A stretch of DNA of 63,997 bases, filler included, from Jimgerdemannia flammicorona (lineage: Eukaryota): NCBI GenBank assembly GCA_003990765.1. It is 3 parts of 3 records of this genome, joined end to end, with 100 filler letters (N's around TTAATTAATTAA, not from the genome) between each part and the next. Parts side by side here need not be neighbours in the genome. Positions count along the whole stretch, not along the records: positions 43,301 to 63,997 come from RBNJ01001606.1; 2 more parts are not named here. One strand, written 5' to 3'. The translations under genes were made by a program, and so were the position numbers. Shown here one piece after another: positions 62,558 through 63,997 of the stretch (position 1 is its first letter; every line of letters starts with the position of its first letter). The notes below the pieces were generated by a model. That model did no database searches, was not told the origin of the DNA, and saw nothing but the letters and a program-made list of their open reading frames with translations.

Positions 62558-63345
62558 TAATAGCATATCTTGATCTATAATTATTTTTTCAGTCTAAACT
62601 AGTAATGAGATATAGAAGTACTACTTAATGAATATTATGAGACATTTGACAATATTAAGTGATTTGAAAATCCCTTTTATATATAGAAGAAATATCTTTT
62701 AAAAGAATTTTTTTTTTTAGTTAAAGAGTTTACAAATAGTTTATAAACTCACTGTAATATATAATACTCATATATATCAGTTGTTGATATTGGGCTGCAG
62801 TTATTTAACTAAGATTTGAAATTTTAGTAGAGAATTTTTTAAGCTTAAGATATTAAGAAATAAGCTAAATATAGAGATCTAGCTCCAGTATAAGCAGATT
62901 TATCATATATATATCAAATGAACTCTTAATAAGATTAAGAGTTAGATTGACCAGGTGTTCTCAGATATCTTTTTTTACTTAATAAAGTATATTAGATATA
63001 ATTATTAAATAAATATTTATAAAAGGTAGTTCCTATAGTATATTCTGGAGTTTGATTGACAAATAATATAATTGTGAGTAAAAATATTTATTTGAAAATA
63101 AGCAAAATTAATATATATTATAATGTGCCCAGCTTAATAGAGATAAATTACAATATTGGAAATTCATATAGTTTAGCTTAAACCCCTAGTTACTTTATCA
63201 AAAAGTAACAAAATGTTCTTATAATTCCTGAGATCCTTGGTGTTTAGTAATATAATAGTCAAAGCTGAATATCTGCAGTCAATTCTGATGATTTTCCTAT
63301 TGAGACAGTTCTCTGGATATAGTAGTGATTTCACATAATTGTAGC

Positions 63346-63997
63346 TAGTACTTCTAATGAATTAAATTGAATCAAATTTGACCCAAATTTAAATTCAATT
63401 TGAATCAAATTGAGATCTAACTTAATTCAATTCAAATTGAATTGAGGCCTAATTTAATTTGAGTTTTAATTCAAATAAAATCAAGTCACAATTCAAATTG
63501 AATTCAAAGTTCAAATTTTCGAAATTCAAACCTAAATATGGTAATTCAAAACTTACATATGATATAATTTATAACAATAATATATATATACTCTTTTTAA
63601 CAATTAAGTAATATTGCAATCAAGTATATCAGACATATCTTCTATATTACACTTATAATAGATACTATGGCAATAGCTTCAGTATCAGATACAGCTTCAA
63701 CAAGTATAGCTATGACAAGTGCAGTCTCAATATAACAGTCTCAAAAAGGAAAATAAAAAGTAAAAAAATACTCTAGTATTTGGAAAGAGTTTATAAAAGA
63801 GTATAAGGAGAATAGAGATATCAAAAGAATCAAATATAATTACTGTAAAATAATATATAAGTTTATTAGTGACTCTATAATAAATTTACAGACATATTTT
63901 GATAAATTTCATAAGAGTTATCAAGCAGATATAATAGAATCAATTTTCTTAAAAGTATAGTTTATATTATTTATTTGCTTTTTTTTTTTTTTTTTTT
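63346..63997 (+). mobile_element. 5' end of a decayed hAT element with BED finger
   Basis: Begins TAGTACTTCTAATGAA (decayed TIR) with GAATT/TTCAA repeats; SSIWKEF..IKYNYCK..SIINLQTYFDKFH at ~63772-63912. Confidence 0.78.

Overview
Eukaryotic, intron-containing, transposon-dominated fungal DNA. Gene style and TE content suggest an early-diverging (Mucoromycota-like) fungus, but that is inference. Two 100-nt N/TTAATTAATTAA linkers (21552-21651, 43201-43300) split it into three pieces whose adjacency is unproven. Host genes: a 4-exon secreted thaumatin-like protein, a decayed RI-like LRR gene, an intronless prephenate dehydrogenase (TYR1) with a 5' frameshift, and an orphan multi-pass membrane protein. 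The rest is nested TEs with heavy C>T/G>A decay: two related Ty3/Gypsy families that encode a dUTPase, a Cys/His motif and an extra 3' ORF (inside the LTR in one family), L1-clade LINEs, hAT elements and MITEs, and a Tc1-derived foldback. Headline: a complete 6.3-kb hAT transposon (24955-31237, TIRs TAGTGCTCYGAA, perfect 8-bp TSD GTTCTAGC) carries a spliced TET-like 2OG-Fe(II) dioxygenase gene (HxD...GG-x-W...HGT) convergent to its transposase. An older copy of the same family with the same cargo surrounds it. This is a candidate transposon-borne DNA-demethylation or anti-silencing system. All copies seen here are pseudogenised.
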